From assembly GCF_004010195.1 (NCBI RefSeq), contig NC_057746.1:12951812-12986725 (forward strand): a stretch of DNA of 34,914 bases, written 5' to 3'. Shown here in pieces: positions 10,001 to 20,506 of the stretch (its first letter is position 1; each line of letters begins with the position of its first letter). The notes under the pieces were generated by a model, which was not told the origin of the DNA, ran no database searches, and was given only the letters and a program-made list of their open reading frames with translations. The position numbers were made by a program, and so were the translations under genes. This stretch comes from Chiloscyllium plagiosum (taxonomy: Eukaryota).

Positions 10001-11676
10001 TGAAATAACTCCACAGAAGCCGATATCTTTTAACCAAGTCACCCTTTATTGACACATGGAAAGTCCTTGACACTAGTCCAGCTCCCTCAGAGACAACTCT
10101 CAGTGTGTCAGAGTAGAACATAGAACATAGAACAATACAGCACAGAACAGGCCCTTCGGCCCACGATGTTGTGCCGAACATTTGTCCTAGCTTAAGCACC
10201 CATCCATGTACCTATCCAATTGCCGCTTAAAGGTCACCAAAGATTCTCACTCTACCACTCCCACAGGCAGCGCATACCATGCCCCCACCACTCTCTGGGT
10301 AAAGAACCCACCCCTGACATCTCCCCTATACCTTCCACCCTTCACCTTAAATTTATGTCCCCTTGTAAAACTCTGTTGCACCCGGGGAAAACGTTTCTGA
10401 CTGTCTACTCTATCTATTCCTCTGATCATCTTATAAACCTCGATCAAGTCACCCCTCATCCTTCGCCGTTCCAACGAGAAAAGGCCGAGAACTCTCAACC
10501 GATCCTCGTACGACTTCCTCTCCATTCCAGGCAACATCCTGGTAAATCTTCTCTGCACCCTCTCCAAAGCTTCCACATCTTTCCTAAAGTGAGGCGACCA
10601 GAACTGCACACAGTACTCCAACTGTGGCCTAACCAAAGTCCTGTACAGCTGCAACATCACTTCACGACTCTTGAATTCAATCCCTCTGCTAATGAACGAT
10701 AATACTCCATAGGCCTTCTTACAAACTCTATCCACCTGAGTGGCAACCTTCAAAGATCGATGTACATAGACCCCAAGATCCCTCTGTTCCTCCACCTGAC
10801 TAAGAACACTACCATTAACCCTGTATTCCGCATACTTATTTGTTCTTCCAAAATGGACAACCTCACACTTGGCAGGGTTGAACTCCATCTGCCACTCCGC
10901 AGCCCAGCTCTGCATCATATCTAAGTCCCTCTGCAGCCGACAACAGCCCTCCTCACTGTCCACAACTCCACCTATCTTCGTATCATCTGCAAATTTACTG
11001 ACCCACCCTTCGACTCCCTCATCTAAGTCATTAATAAAAATTACAAACAGCAGAGGACCCAGAACTGATCCCTGCGGAACTCCACTTGTAACTGGGCTCC
11101 AGGCTGAATATTTACCATCTACCACCACTCTCTGCCTTCGACCGGTTAGCCAGTTTTCTATCCAATTGGCCAAATTTCCCTCTATCCCATGCCTCCTGAC
11201 TTTCCGCATAAGCCTACCATGGGGAACCTTATCAAATGCCTTACTGAAATCCATGTACACTACATCCACTGCTCTTCCCTCATCCACATGCTTGGTCACC
11301 TCCTCGAAGAATTCAATAAGACTTGTAAGGCAAGACCTACCCTTCACAAATCCGTGCTGGCTGTCCCTAATCAAGCAGTGTCTTTCCAGATACTCATAAA
11401 TCCTATCCCTCAGTACCCTTTCCATTACTTTGCCTACCACAGAAGTAAGACTAACAGGCCTGTAATTCCCGGGGTTATCCCTATTCCCTTTTTTGAACAG
11501 GGGCACAACATTCGCCACTCTCCAGTCCCCTGGTACCACCCCCGTTGACAGTGAAATGTCTGACATTCCTCGTTATCTGTCAGCCAGAGGTCCCTGATTG
11601 GACCAGATAAATAGCCCCAATCTGGGAACTCATATTCTATGATATCCACCTGGCTGACCTCATTGCTATCACAATA
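10001..11676 (-). repeat. 3' LTR of the Gypsy element (10001-10113 + ~11555-11676), split by a CR1 insertion
   Basis: Both halves align to 15777-16009 (TGAAATAA...AAAGTCCTTGAC...TGTCAGCCAG...CCCTGATTGGACCAGA...CTGGCTGACCTCATT). Confidence 0.8.
10114..11554 (-). mobile_element. Young 5'-truncated CR1-type LINE with an open RT frame and (TTCTATG)n tail
   Basis: ORF 10247-11566 has NYRPVSLTS, QHGF, DFSKAFDKVPH, GVPQGSVLGP and FADD. One premature TGA at 10247-10249 near the C-terminus; no endonuclease or ORF1. Tail TAGAACA repeats at 10114-10134. Confidence 0.95.
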
Positions 11677-13091
11677 TCCCTCCCCCTTTGAGTCTGAAGT
11701 CATAGGTTGACCTTTTCTCTTAGGGAGCCTCCTGGGGCATTTTAGCACTGCATCAAGTCCTTCCTCGAAACTCGGTGTGCAGTGTAGGCAGTATGTAACG
11801 CACGGGAGCTTGGCTTTTATGAGAGAAACTCCTCGGAAGGAACTCAGTCTCTTTTTCCGCAAGCAAAGACATTGATGCGGCTACATCCTCCATGTCCATC
11901 TCAGATTCAGAATCTCGTGATGGGGAAGGTGAACCCATGGGTTCAGAGCCTTTCCAACTGTTCTGTGGAACTGAGCATGGTTTGTTCCCATGCCGTTTGC
12001 GGATTTGCGGGCTTTCATATGTCATCATTCTTGTTCAGGACCGTCGCACTGACTGAGTTCCAGATGTGGGGAACTGCTGACGGTAATTTTTGTTCTTTTT
12101 AGCACTCTGGGCACTGGCCCATTAGTGTGGCTATGTCTGTATCCAAGCCTGGTCACCAGACATATCCTCTCACGAACATCTTCATTTTGGAGACCACTGG
12201 ATGACTCTGGTAGAGTTCAGCCAGTATCTGGTAGTGACCATTGCTCAGGATAATCACTCTTGCTGTCCTCTACTGTGAGCTGGTCGCTCTGGGTCCAAAA
12301 AGGTTTCAATTCTGGTTGTGATTGCCCTTTCATTTCTCCCATCACCACCAGCTGTTTTAGTTTTGCCAGGACTGGATCTCTCTGCACCCAAAGTCTGATA
12401 TTGTCAGCTGTGCCTGGAAGTGTGTATACAAAATTTAAGACCACCACAGGCTTTTCCATTGATGGTACCAGCGATTGTATATCTGCTGGTGGGAAGCAGC
12501 TCAATATATCTGTAATCACTACTTGGCCTCCAGGACGGTGTTCCAACTTGTAATTAGAGGCACTTAGTATTAGAAGCTAATGCTGAATTTGGCCTGAAGC
12601 TATGTGTGGTACTGCCTTGTCCTCTTCAACCAGACCTCGTAGAGTTTTATGGTCCATTATTATCACAAATTTCTATCAATAAAGATATTGGTTGAACTTC
12701 CTGACTCCAAATATGACTGCCAATCCTTCTTTGTCTGTCTGGCATATTTACGCTCAGCATTAGCCAAAGTCCTGGATGCATACGCGATTGGGCATTCCTC
12801 TCCATTGGGCCACCTATGAGCTAATACCACCCCGCTTTTGTACATTGCATGTCAACACCAGATCCGCCTGAGCTCATAGTGTGCCAGCATTTTAGAAGAG
12901 GATTGCCATTTTGTCACTTCACTGAAAGCTTTGATTTGACTTTGTGACCATCTCCAAGGCTGACCCTTTTTTAGGAGATGGTGCAAAGCTGGCAGGATGT
13001 GGTTTAGGTTATGTATGAACTTTCCATAATAATTTACCAGCCCAAGAAATAACCTAAGCTTCTGGACGTAAATGGAAGCCGGAGCACTTTT

Positions 13092-13672
13092 AATCAGAGT
13101 AATCGAGTAATACAACACGGAAACGGACCCTTCAATCCAACTAGTCCACACCATCCATGTTCCCAAAATAAACCAGTCCCACCTGCCTGTGTTTGGCTCA
13201 TAGCCCTCTAAACCTTTCCTATTTGTGTACTTATCCAAATGTCTTTGCATCCACTGCTTCCTCTGGCATTTCATTCCACACACAAACCACCCTGTAAAAA
13301 GAAATTGCCCCTCATGTCCTTTTTAAATCTTTCGCTTCTCACCTTAAAAATATATCCCCCATGTAGGGAAAAGACCTTTGCTATTCATCTTATCAATGCC
13401 CCTCATGATTTTATAACCTTCTATAAGGTCACCCCTCAATCTCACATGCTCCAGTGAAAACAGTCTCAGCCAATCTTGCATAGTTTTATAACTCAAATCC
13501 TTCATTCCTGGCAACACCCTGGGAAATCTTTTCTGATCTTTTTTCAGTTTCGTAATCTCCTTCCTATAACAGGGTGATTAGAACCTGTGCACAATATCCA
13601 GCAGAGACCAAACCAGCTCCCTATGTGTCTATGTTAACTACCTGTACAATCTCAACATGGTGTCCCAACTCA
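13092..13672 (-). mobile_element. CR1 3' fragment inserted in Gypsy pol
   Basis: RHLDKYTNRKGLEGYEPNTGRWD peptide and CR1 3'UTR, colinear with 8702-9300. Confidence 0.85.
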
Positions 13673-14492
13673 AATGTTGAGCCAATTTTGGTAAATCTCT
13701 CTCAGTCAATTTTGCTCAATCAAGCTTAGGCCTGAGTCTTTTAGTACAATAACTGGTAACGGAACCAGTTGCTTATTTGAAGAGACCAGAACAGAAGTTG
13801 TACCCCTAATCTGTAAAGGTTCCCTACAAAAGGATTTTAGCCCAGTTGAAGTTTTGTGCAAACTTAAGGGTTGGAGTCCAGAGCAAGTTTAGTTAAAGAC
13901 TGCTTTTGTGCCCACTCACACAGTCCCGCCTGTATTGACATCCATTAGAACTGGGTGACCATATACCCAGATATTGATTTTGATTGGTTCTGATTTGGAT
14001 GTTCCAAACAGGATGGACTCACCAGGCTGTGCCCTCTCCTGGATGCCAGCCTATGATTTCTCTGACTGAATTTATGTCTGGTAGGACTCTCTTGCTTTTG
14101 AGTCCACATACTGGCTTGCCGACTCGGATCCTGAAAAAATGTCTAACCATTCGGCCAAGGCTTAGCTTTATTTTGGCGCTTTGCTGTGGGCTGACCGAGA
14201 TCCCTCCAATCAGGATATGTCCTGAATGTGGCTATTCAATTGACTGCACTGAAGTGGTGTTCCCAAGCTCAGTTTTACTCTGCAATTCATATGCTCCACT
14301 TGCCATATTTTCCAATGATAAAGCCAGTGATCGGGCCTGTTTGAAGTCCAGTTGGGCTTTAGCCAGTAGGTGCTTTTGTATAGTTACATCATTCATACCA
14401 CACACCAAATGATATCTAAGCATCTCGTTAAGGGATAAACCAAAGTCACATGCCTCTGCTCGTCACTTTAACCTTGTCAAAAATCCTGACAT

Positions 14493-14833
14493 GATTAGAT
14501 TACTTTACATTTAGATTAGATTAGATTAGATTACTTTACAGTGTGGAAACAGGCCCTTCGGCCCAACAAGTCCACACCGACCCGCCGAAGCGCAACCCAC
14601 CCATACCCCTACATTTACCCCTTACCTAACACTACGGACAATTTAACATGGCCAATTCACCTGACCTGCACATCTTTGGACTGTGGGAGGAAACCGGAGC
14701 ACCCGGAGGAAACCCACGCAGACACGGGGAGAATGTGCAAACTCCACACAGTCAGTCGCCTGAGGCGGGAATTGAACCCGGGTCCCCAGCGCTGCGAGGC
14801 AGCAGTGCTAACCACTGTGCCACCGTGCCGCGC
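14493..14833 (-). mobile_element. Well-preserved HE1-like V-SINE inserted in Gypsy gag
   Basis: - strand A box TGGCACAGTGG, B box GGTTCAATTCC, V-SINE core TGTGTGGAGTTTGCACATTCTCCCCGTGTCTGCGTGGGTTTCCTCCGGGTGCTCCGGTTTCCTCCCACAGTCCAAAGA, and (TCTAA)n tail. Confidence 0.93.
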
Positions 14834-14887
14834 ACCATGGATTCCCCGGTTCTTGAATTGCTAAGTAAAACTGATAGCATCTCAGAA

Positions 14888-15449
14888 ACATAAATGATTT
14901 GGATGCAAGCATAAGCGGTACGGTTAGTAAGTTTGCAGATGACACCAAATTTGGAAGTGTAGTGGACAGCGAAGAGGGTTACCTCAGATTACAACAGGAT
15001 CTTGACCAGATGGGCCAATGGGCTGAGAAGTGGCAGATGAAGTTTAATTCAGATAAATGCGAGGTGCTGCATTTTGGGAAAGCAAATCTTANNNNNNNNN
15101 NNNNNNNNNNNNNNNNNNNNNNNNNNNNNNNNNNNNNNNNNNNNNNNNNNNNNNNNNNNNNNNNNNNNNNNNNNNNNNNNNNNNNNNNNNNNNNNNNNNN
15201 NNNNNNNNNNNNNNNNNNNNNNNNNNNNNNNNNNNNNNNNNNNNNNNNNNNNNNNNNNNNNNNNNNNNNNNNNNNNNNNNNNNNNNNNNNNNNNNNNNNN
15301 NNNNNNNNNNATGGATATATGAATAGGAAGGGTTTGGAGGGATATGGGCCGGGTGCTGGCAGGTGGGAATAGATTGGATTGGGATATCTGGTCGGCACGG
15401 ACGGGTTGGATTGAAGGGTCTGTTTCCATGCTGTACATCTCTATGACTC
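14888..15449 (+). mobile_element. CR1 3' fragment (spans an N gap) inserted in Gypsy gag
   Basis: SKFADDTKFGSVVDSEEGYLRLQQDLDQM before the gap; GYMNRKGLEGYGPGAGRW and a 3'UTR ending CTCTATGACTC after it. Confidence 0.9.
15092..15310. other. Assembly gap (219 N)
   Basis: Run of N. Confidence 1.
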
Positions 15450-15776
15450 GAATTAAAGGAGGCTTGGGTTGTCATATTCTTTAACTAAATCCATCATGGC
15501 TTGCAAGGTTTTAGTTTCTGGTGCCTCAGGGAAAGTTAGGCTCCTAATAACAGAAGGGGCTGTGGTTCCACGGGCTATTAGGAGAATTACTTGTTGCTTT
15601 TCAACTACCTCAGTGTTGTTCTCCTGGAAAAAATAACACATTCTATCCTTATGCTGGGCCCCGTCTTCGGCAGGGTTGATCCCAAATAATGGCATGTTCC
15701 AAGAAATGCTTACCCAACTCAAAGACAATTATTGCGAGCAGGTTTCTTCAGGAATGTGCTTTATTTTCATCACCAC

Positions 15777-16009
15777 TGAAATAAGTCACAGATGCCAGTA
15801 TCCCATCAACAATTCACAGTCCATTTATTTGTGCAAAGTCCTTGACTCTGGCACAGCTTCATTAGTGACAGCAGCCAAACGTTAGAATCTCTGACACTCC
15901 TCTTTTTACTTGTCAGCCAGGGCTCCCTGATTGGACCAGACTAACAGCCCCTACCAGGGAACACATCTTCTATGAGGTCCTTCTGGCTGACCTCATTACA
16001 ATCGCGACA
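15777..16009 (-). repeat. 5' LTR of the Gypsy element
   Basis: TG...CA termini; similar to the split LTR at 10001-11676; PBS-like sequence adjacent at ~15765-15776. Confidence 0.8.
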
Positions 16010-16194
16010 CTCATCAAATTCATTGAGATGCGTCAGACATGAACTCACCTTCACAAATTCATTCACGCTATCCTTCAGATCCTTGTCTCAGAGTCTGTCT
16101 CTCAGTGTCTGGACGTTTGTGGGAACTTCATTTGAGCTGGATTCTTTCACTCATTTCATGTGATGGGTTCACTGCAGTCGATTAGGACTAAGAT

Positions 16195-16505
16195 TTTAAA
16201 AATGTATTCACGGGACATAGGTGTCACTAGCTAGGCCGGCATTTATTACCCATCCCTAATTGCTGGGAAAGCAATTGAAAGTCAACCACATTTCTGTGGG
16301 TCTGGAGTCTCACATAGGCCAGACCAGGTAAGGTAAGCAGTTTCCTTCCCGAATGGACACTGGTGAACCATCTGGGTTTTTCCAGCAGTCGACCATGATC
16401 TCACGGCCATCATTCGATTCCTAATTTCTAACATCATTGAATTCAAATTACATTTCAAACCTGGGCTCCCAGACCATTAGCTGGGTCTCTAGATTAATAG
16501 TCTCA
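16195..16505 (-). mobile_element. tRNA-headed SINE-like element whose 5' half matches the 5' end of the 3042-5755 LINE
   Basis: Shares GAACCATCTGGGTTTTT / GAGCCAGATGGGTTTTT, ATTCAAATT...AACCTG and AGCTG...GATTA..AGTCT blocks with 5565-5725. It has a separate 3' tail (GGCATTTATTACCCATCCCTAATTGC on +). Confidence 0.7.
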
Positions 16506-16955
16506 CACTTGGTCCTGGGATTGTGCTAAATGCTTTTTTGGAAGGTTTTGCTCGTTTTCCTCATGATTAGCTCAGCCTAATTTCCAACAGTCAGTTTACT
16601 CCTCATCCCTTTGAGGTTTGATGTGAAAGCTATTGGTGATGCTGCCTTCTGGGCTGTCCAATGTATTCTGAGGGATTGAACAAGGACAGGACACAGAGAC
16701 ATTGGGGAGAATGGGAACTGAACTGTCCGGGAAAGTAACCCCGAGGATTGGAATGACATCATGTTAACACCCCCATCAATGGGATCTTTGGAGAGTTTAC
16801 TGGAGAGTGAAATTGGGTGAGAGTCAAACCAGCATTTCAACCAATCCCTTCAATTTCCAATGGGTGGGTTTACTTAAAATTGACCCCAATGAACACAGAA
16901 CTGGGAATGAATCCTGGAAAAGAGATAATCCTGATATTATTCCAATGTGTTTCAG

Positions 16956-17063
16956 AAATTGCAGAAAACAGAGTGGAGCATTTCCATCTTATTATTGTTT
17001 TTGGAATAGTCTCTGCAATGGCTGCAATATTCGGAATAATCATCTGGAAAAGGCCTTGGAGAG
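16956..17063 (+). CDS. MHC class I connecting peptide/transmembrane exon
   Basis: tttcag|AA...AGAG|gtaaga, 108 nt, phase 1-1. (E)IAENRVEHFHLIIVFGIVSAMAAIFGIIIWKRPWR: hydrophobic span followed by a basic stop-transfer. Confidence 0.88.
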
Positions 17064-17161
17064 GTAAGAATCAGAGAGAGAGGAATGTAGAACTGAGGGG
17101 ACAGAGTGAGTGTGGGGGAGTCTCCAGTACTGGGAGTACAGGGAATGGAACTGATTGAATT

Positions 17162-17166
17162 CACAC

Positions 17167-17218
<52 letters not shown>
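17162..17218. repeat. (CA)n microsatellite
   Basis: Direct reading. Confidence 0.97.
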
Positions 17219-17225
<7 letters not shown>

Positions 17226-17495
17226 ACTTGTTCCCTGTCTGATCTTCTTTTGTGTGATTGGCCCCGACCAAGTCTAATATTGATCATTAAACCCAATGCA
17301 CACACTCACATTCTCACTGACTGAATATCGATAGAATGGGAGAGATCTCTAGAAACTCCATAAGGTGTAAGGATAGAGGGGAGTGTGGGAATGAGGATTT
17401 CTGACACAATCTCCATTCCCTCGCACTTGTTGTGTTCTCACTCTCTGAGAATGGATTATTCCCCATTCTAATGGACATTTATTTTGTTTCTGCAG

Positions 17496-17528
17496 GTTCA
17501 CCAAGTGGGACCTACACAACAGCTCCCA
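17496..17528 (+). CDS. MHC class I cytoplasmic exon 1 (exon-6 equivalent)
   Basis: ttttgtttctgcag|GT...CCCA|gtaagt, 33 nt, phase 1-1. (G)SPSGTYTTAP has the YxxA motif typical of class I tails. Confidence 0.85.
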
Positions 17529-18053
17529 GTAAGTGACTGAGGGGACAGAGTGTTGGGAATGATGCAAAAGAGATTGGAAGTTGAAGAAATATCTTCTTTT
17601 TGCAGTGACTTAGGGGAACAGTGATGCTGCATCTCTCAAAAGTCATGACCTTTCCTTGAAGGTCCTCACTCCATGGTCTCCTGTTGTTCTTTTCCTTCAT
17701 CTCTATCTCTCCACTCATTCTCCTTCTAAATCTCATTCTTCAATCCTTATTTCCCATTCTCTCTTTCTTCAATTCCTCACCCTTCACTCCCTCACTGTCC
17801 AGTGTCTCACCATCCAGTCCCTAAACCCCAAACTTCCATCTTCCTCTCATTCTCTCACAGTTTCCAGACCCTATTTCAATCCCTTACCCACCTCTCCTTC
17901 ACCCTTGACTCCCTCTGTGCTATATCATGTGAGTCTGGTTAGTTAACGCTGAGGGTGATTGAATCCTGGGGTGCAGTGAGTGAGAGAGAATATCTCACAC
18001 TGTCTAATTTTATATTTTATTCCATTTCTCACATTGTGTTTTTATTTTCTCAG

Positions 18054-18085
18054 CTTCTGATGTTGCTGTTCCAGCTTCTTCATGA
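18054..18085 (+). CDS. MHC class I cytoplasmic exon 2, coding part (exon 18054-18089)
   Basis: tttattttctcag|CT TCT GAT GTT GCT GTT CCA GCT TCT TCA TGA TTCA|gtaagt gives (T)SDVAVPASS*. Confidence 0.75.
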
Positions 18086-18767
18086 TTCAGTAAGTGACAT
18101 ACAAACTTCTCTACAGACTTATTTGGAATATTTTCACTCCCGCTCTGACCCTGTCACACCCTCCCAGACATTGGTAAATTCTGTAAACCTCATTTCATTC
18201 CCATTCCCATACTGACGTGATTCCCTTGTGTCTGTCTTCCTGACCATGTAGGTTTCCTGGGCTTCACTGCAGGATATTCCTGGAGCCTCATTGTGGAATA
18301 ATGGGATTCTCCTATTCCAGTATGATCATGGACACTATTGTCCATCCTTCCATGTCACAGCAGACACACAGAATTACAACTCATTGCTCACACCCAGTTC
18401 TTTCAGGATTGAGATTGATTTTTCCTGGGAATGTGTTTCCACAGATTGGGCAGTGGATCCCAGATCCCCAGGTTTGGATCCTGATCCTTCAAGAGAGACC
18501 TTCTCAAGTCGTGTTTCCATCCCGTCTCAGAAATGTGAGCAGTGTCACCGTCAGAGGGATCTTCACGGATGGTTCCTCCCTCACACTTCTCATCTTCACT
18601 GTCTTCAGTGGGTCAGTGATTGACCTGAAATAAGGCAACATCCCGAGGGAACTCAGAGGCAATTTTTATAGATTGTATTCTGTGTCAACCATTTTTAGTC
18701 ATTGTGTACATATTTATATAACTTTTGCAACTTATCATTTTATGTTGACAAAAATCTTTTTTGATTT

Positions 18768-19170
18768 ATAGTCATAGAGATGTACAGCACGGAAACAGAC
18801 CCTTTGGTCCAACCCGTCCACGCCGACCAGCTATCCCAACCCAATCTAGTCCCACCTGCCAGCACCCGGCCCATATCCCTCCAAACCCTTCTTATTCATA
18901 TACCCATCCAAATGCCTCTTCAATGTTGTAATTGTACCAGCCTCCACCACATCCTCTGGCAGCTCATTCCATGCACGTACCACCCTCTGCGTGAAGAAGT
19001 TGCCCCTTAGGTCTCTTTTATATCTTTCCCCTCTCACCCTAAACCTATGCCCTCTAGTTCTGGACTCCCCGACCCCAGGGAAAAGACTTTGTCAATTCAT
19101 CCTATCCACGCCCGTCATAATTTTGGAAACTTTTATAATGTCACCCCTCAGCATCTGACGCTCCAGGGAA
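18768..19170 (-). mobile_element. CR1 3' fragment within the putative 3'UTR
   Basis: RGERYKRDLRGNFFTQRVVRAWNELPEDVVEAGTITTLKRHLDGYMNKKG peptide and CR1 tail GTCATAGAGATGTACAGCACGGAAACAGACC. Confidence 0.92.
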
Positions 19171-19349
19171 TTTGTTTGTTTCTATTTAATAATTATTCTA
19201 TTTCAAGCTGAACAGTGATGTTTTGAATTTTTAGTAACTGTTGTGGGCTCTTTTGTGATGTATAAATTTTATAACTTGTGCTTTTTTACATATGTTACTG
19301 TTTATCATCAATGTTGAACCACAAATACCGATAGCAGTGGTGTGTAATT

Positions 19350-19355
19350 AATAAA
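19350..19355 (+). terminator. Candidate polyadenylation signal of the class I gene
   Basis: AATAAA followed by a T/GT-rich tract (TTTTTCTCTTGTTGATTTCTT). Confidence 0.55.
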
Positions 19356-19451
19356 CATTTTTCTCTTGTTGATTTCTTCACATTGTTCATTAATGAATTT
19401 CACAAGAAAGGTTTAATTCATTCACTCAGCAGCTTGTGGCTCTTGGAACCA

Positions 19452-19951
19452 NNNNNNNNNNNNNNNNNNNNNNNNNNNNNNNNNNNNNNNNNNNNNNNNN
19501 NNNNNNNNNNNNNNNNNNNNNNNNNNNNNNNNNNNNNNNNNNNNNNNNNNNNNNNNNNNNNNNNNNNNNNNNNNNNNNNNNNNNNNNNNNNNNNNNNNNN
19601 NNNNNNNNNNNNNNNNNNNNNNNNNNNNNNNNNNNNNNNNNNNNNNNNNNNNNNNNNNNNNNNNNNNNNNNNNNNNNNNNNNNNNNNNNNNNNNNNNNNN
19701 NNNNNNNNNNNNNNNNNNNNNNNNNNNNNNNNNNNNNNNNNNNNNNNNNNNNNNNNNNNNNNNNNNNNNNNNNNNNNNNNNNNNNNNNNNNNNNNNNNNN
19801 NNNNNNNNNNNNNNNNNNNNNNNNNNNNNNNNNNNNNNNNNNNNNNNNNNNNNNNNNNNNNNNNNNNNNNNNNNNNNNNNNNNNNNNNNNNNNNNNNNNN
19901 NNNNNNNNNNNNNNNNNNNNNNNNNNNNNNNNNNNNNNNNNNNNNNNNNNN
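19452..19951. other. Assembly gap (500 N)
   Basis: Run of N; the round size suggests an estimated or placeholder length. Confidence 1.
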
Positions 19952-20506
19952 TCAGACAACAACTCACCAGAACGAAGGACCCGATACCCAACATGAGCAA
20001 AACTAATGTAGTGTACAAAATACCATGCAAAGACTACACAAAACCCGATATAGGACAAACAGGAAGACAGCTAACAATCCGCATACATGAACATCAACTA
20101 GCCACGAAACGACACGACGAGCTATCCTTAGTAGCCACACACGTAGTCAACAAGCAACATGACTTCGACTGGGACGACACTACGATCATAGGGCAAGCCA
20201 GACAGAGAACAGCCAGGGAATTCCTAGAGGCATGGCATTCATCCACAAACTCCATCAACAAACACATCGACCTGGACCCAATATACCAACCACTACAGCA
20301 GACAGCTGAAACTACAACCGGAAGCAGCAGGGACAGACCACTATAAACACCGGAGGAAACATCAAAGAAGCGCTTCGCAGGAGGCTCCCAAGCAGTGATG
20401 ATGTCGCCAAGCCAGGGGACGAAACGTTTGCAACAAAAACTTCCAGCTCGGCGAACAGAACCACAACAACGAGCACCAGAGCTACAAATCTTCGCACAAA
20501 CTTTGA
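19952..20506 (+). mobile_element. Penelope-like element 3' end (GIY-YIG endonuclease + 3' terminal region)
   Basis: KTNVVYKIPCKDYTKPDIGQTGRQLTIRIHEH...REFLEAWHS, the PLE GIY-YIG domain; near-identical to 29390-29717. Confidence 0.92.
20392..20431 (+). ncRNA. Minimal type I hammerhead ribozyme motif (one core mismatch) in the Penelope 3' end
   Basis: GCA-GTGATGA-T-GTCGCC-AAGCCA-GGGGAC-GAAAC-GTT-TGC. Stem I GCA/TGC, core (C>G)UGAUGA, stem II GTCnCC/GGnGAC, GAAA, palindromic AAACGTTT stem III, GUU cleavage triplet. Confidence 0.7.

Larger units (their letters stand above)
10001..16009 (-). mobile_element. Gypsy/Ty3-type LTR retrotransposon, decayed and internally deleted, with four nested insertions
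   Basis: Two related ~230-bp LTRs, a PBS-like GTGGTGATGA just inside the 5' LTR, and PPT AAAGGGGGAGGGA before the 3' LTR. Gag-like MPLFG...ILL...IRSLTFPEAP (15695-15455) and LRYHLVCGMNDVTIQKHLLA (~14420). Protease-like LMDVNTG (~13940). RNase H-region LFLGLVNYYGKFI and PIAYASRTL (13060-12740). Integrase zinc-finger remnant H...CPEC (~12210-12100). Confidence 0.88.
6867..18085 (+). pseudogene. MHC class I heavy-chain-like gene (probably non-classical), alpha2 through stop; frameshifted in alpha3 as assembled; leader/alpha1 not in the window
   Basis: Five coding exons in canonical class I order with GT-AG, phase-1 introns: 276-nt alpha2, 278-nt alpha3 (279 expected), 108-nt TM, 33-nt and 36-nt cytoplasmic exons. 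Class I identity is strong; pseudogene status rests mainly on one homopolymer indel. Confidence 0.8.
18252..19375 (+). other. Probable terminal 3'UTR exon of the class I gene
   Basis: Pyrimidine-rich acceptor ...tcttcctgaccatgtag| at 18251, AT-rich body, AATAAA at 19350. Boundaries are inferred. Confidence 0.55.

Noticed and set aside
10206-11548. + strand ORFs of 119-176 aa
   Set aside because: Antisense shadows of the CR1 RT frame.
10247-11566. 439-aa reverse transcriptase as a host or domesticated gene
   Set aside because: 5'-truncated CR1 with a retroposon tail; the apparent Met comes from flanking LTR sequence, and a near-identical fragment exists at 29724-30140.
14760-14833. tRNA gene
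   Set aside because: The A/B boxes belong to a SINE head continuing into a V-SINE core and tail; the same applies to 1950-2023, 5670-5755 and 9680-9755.
14899-15475. ORFs spanning the first gap
   Set aside because: Artefacts of N translation within a CR1 fragment; the 219-N gap is also shorter than the ~600 bp expected from the sister copy.
16817-17158. 113-aa single-exon membrane protein
   Set aside because: Only 16956-17063 is bounded by splice sites; it is the class I TM exon with intronic read-through.
19383-20058. ~200-aa ORFs
   Set aside because: Almost entirely N.
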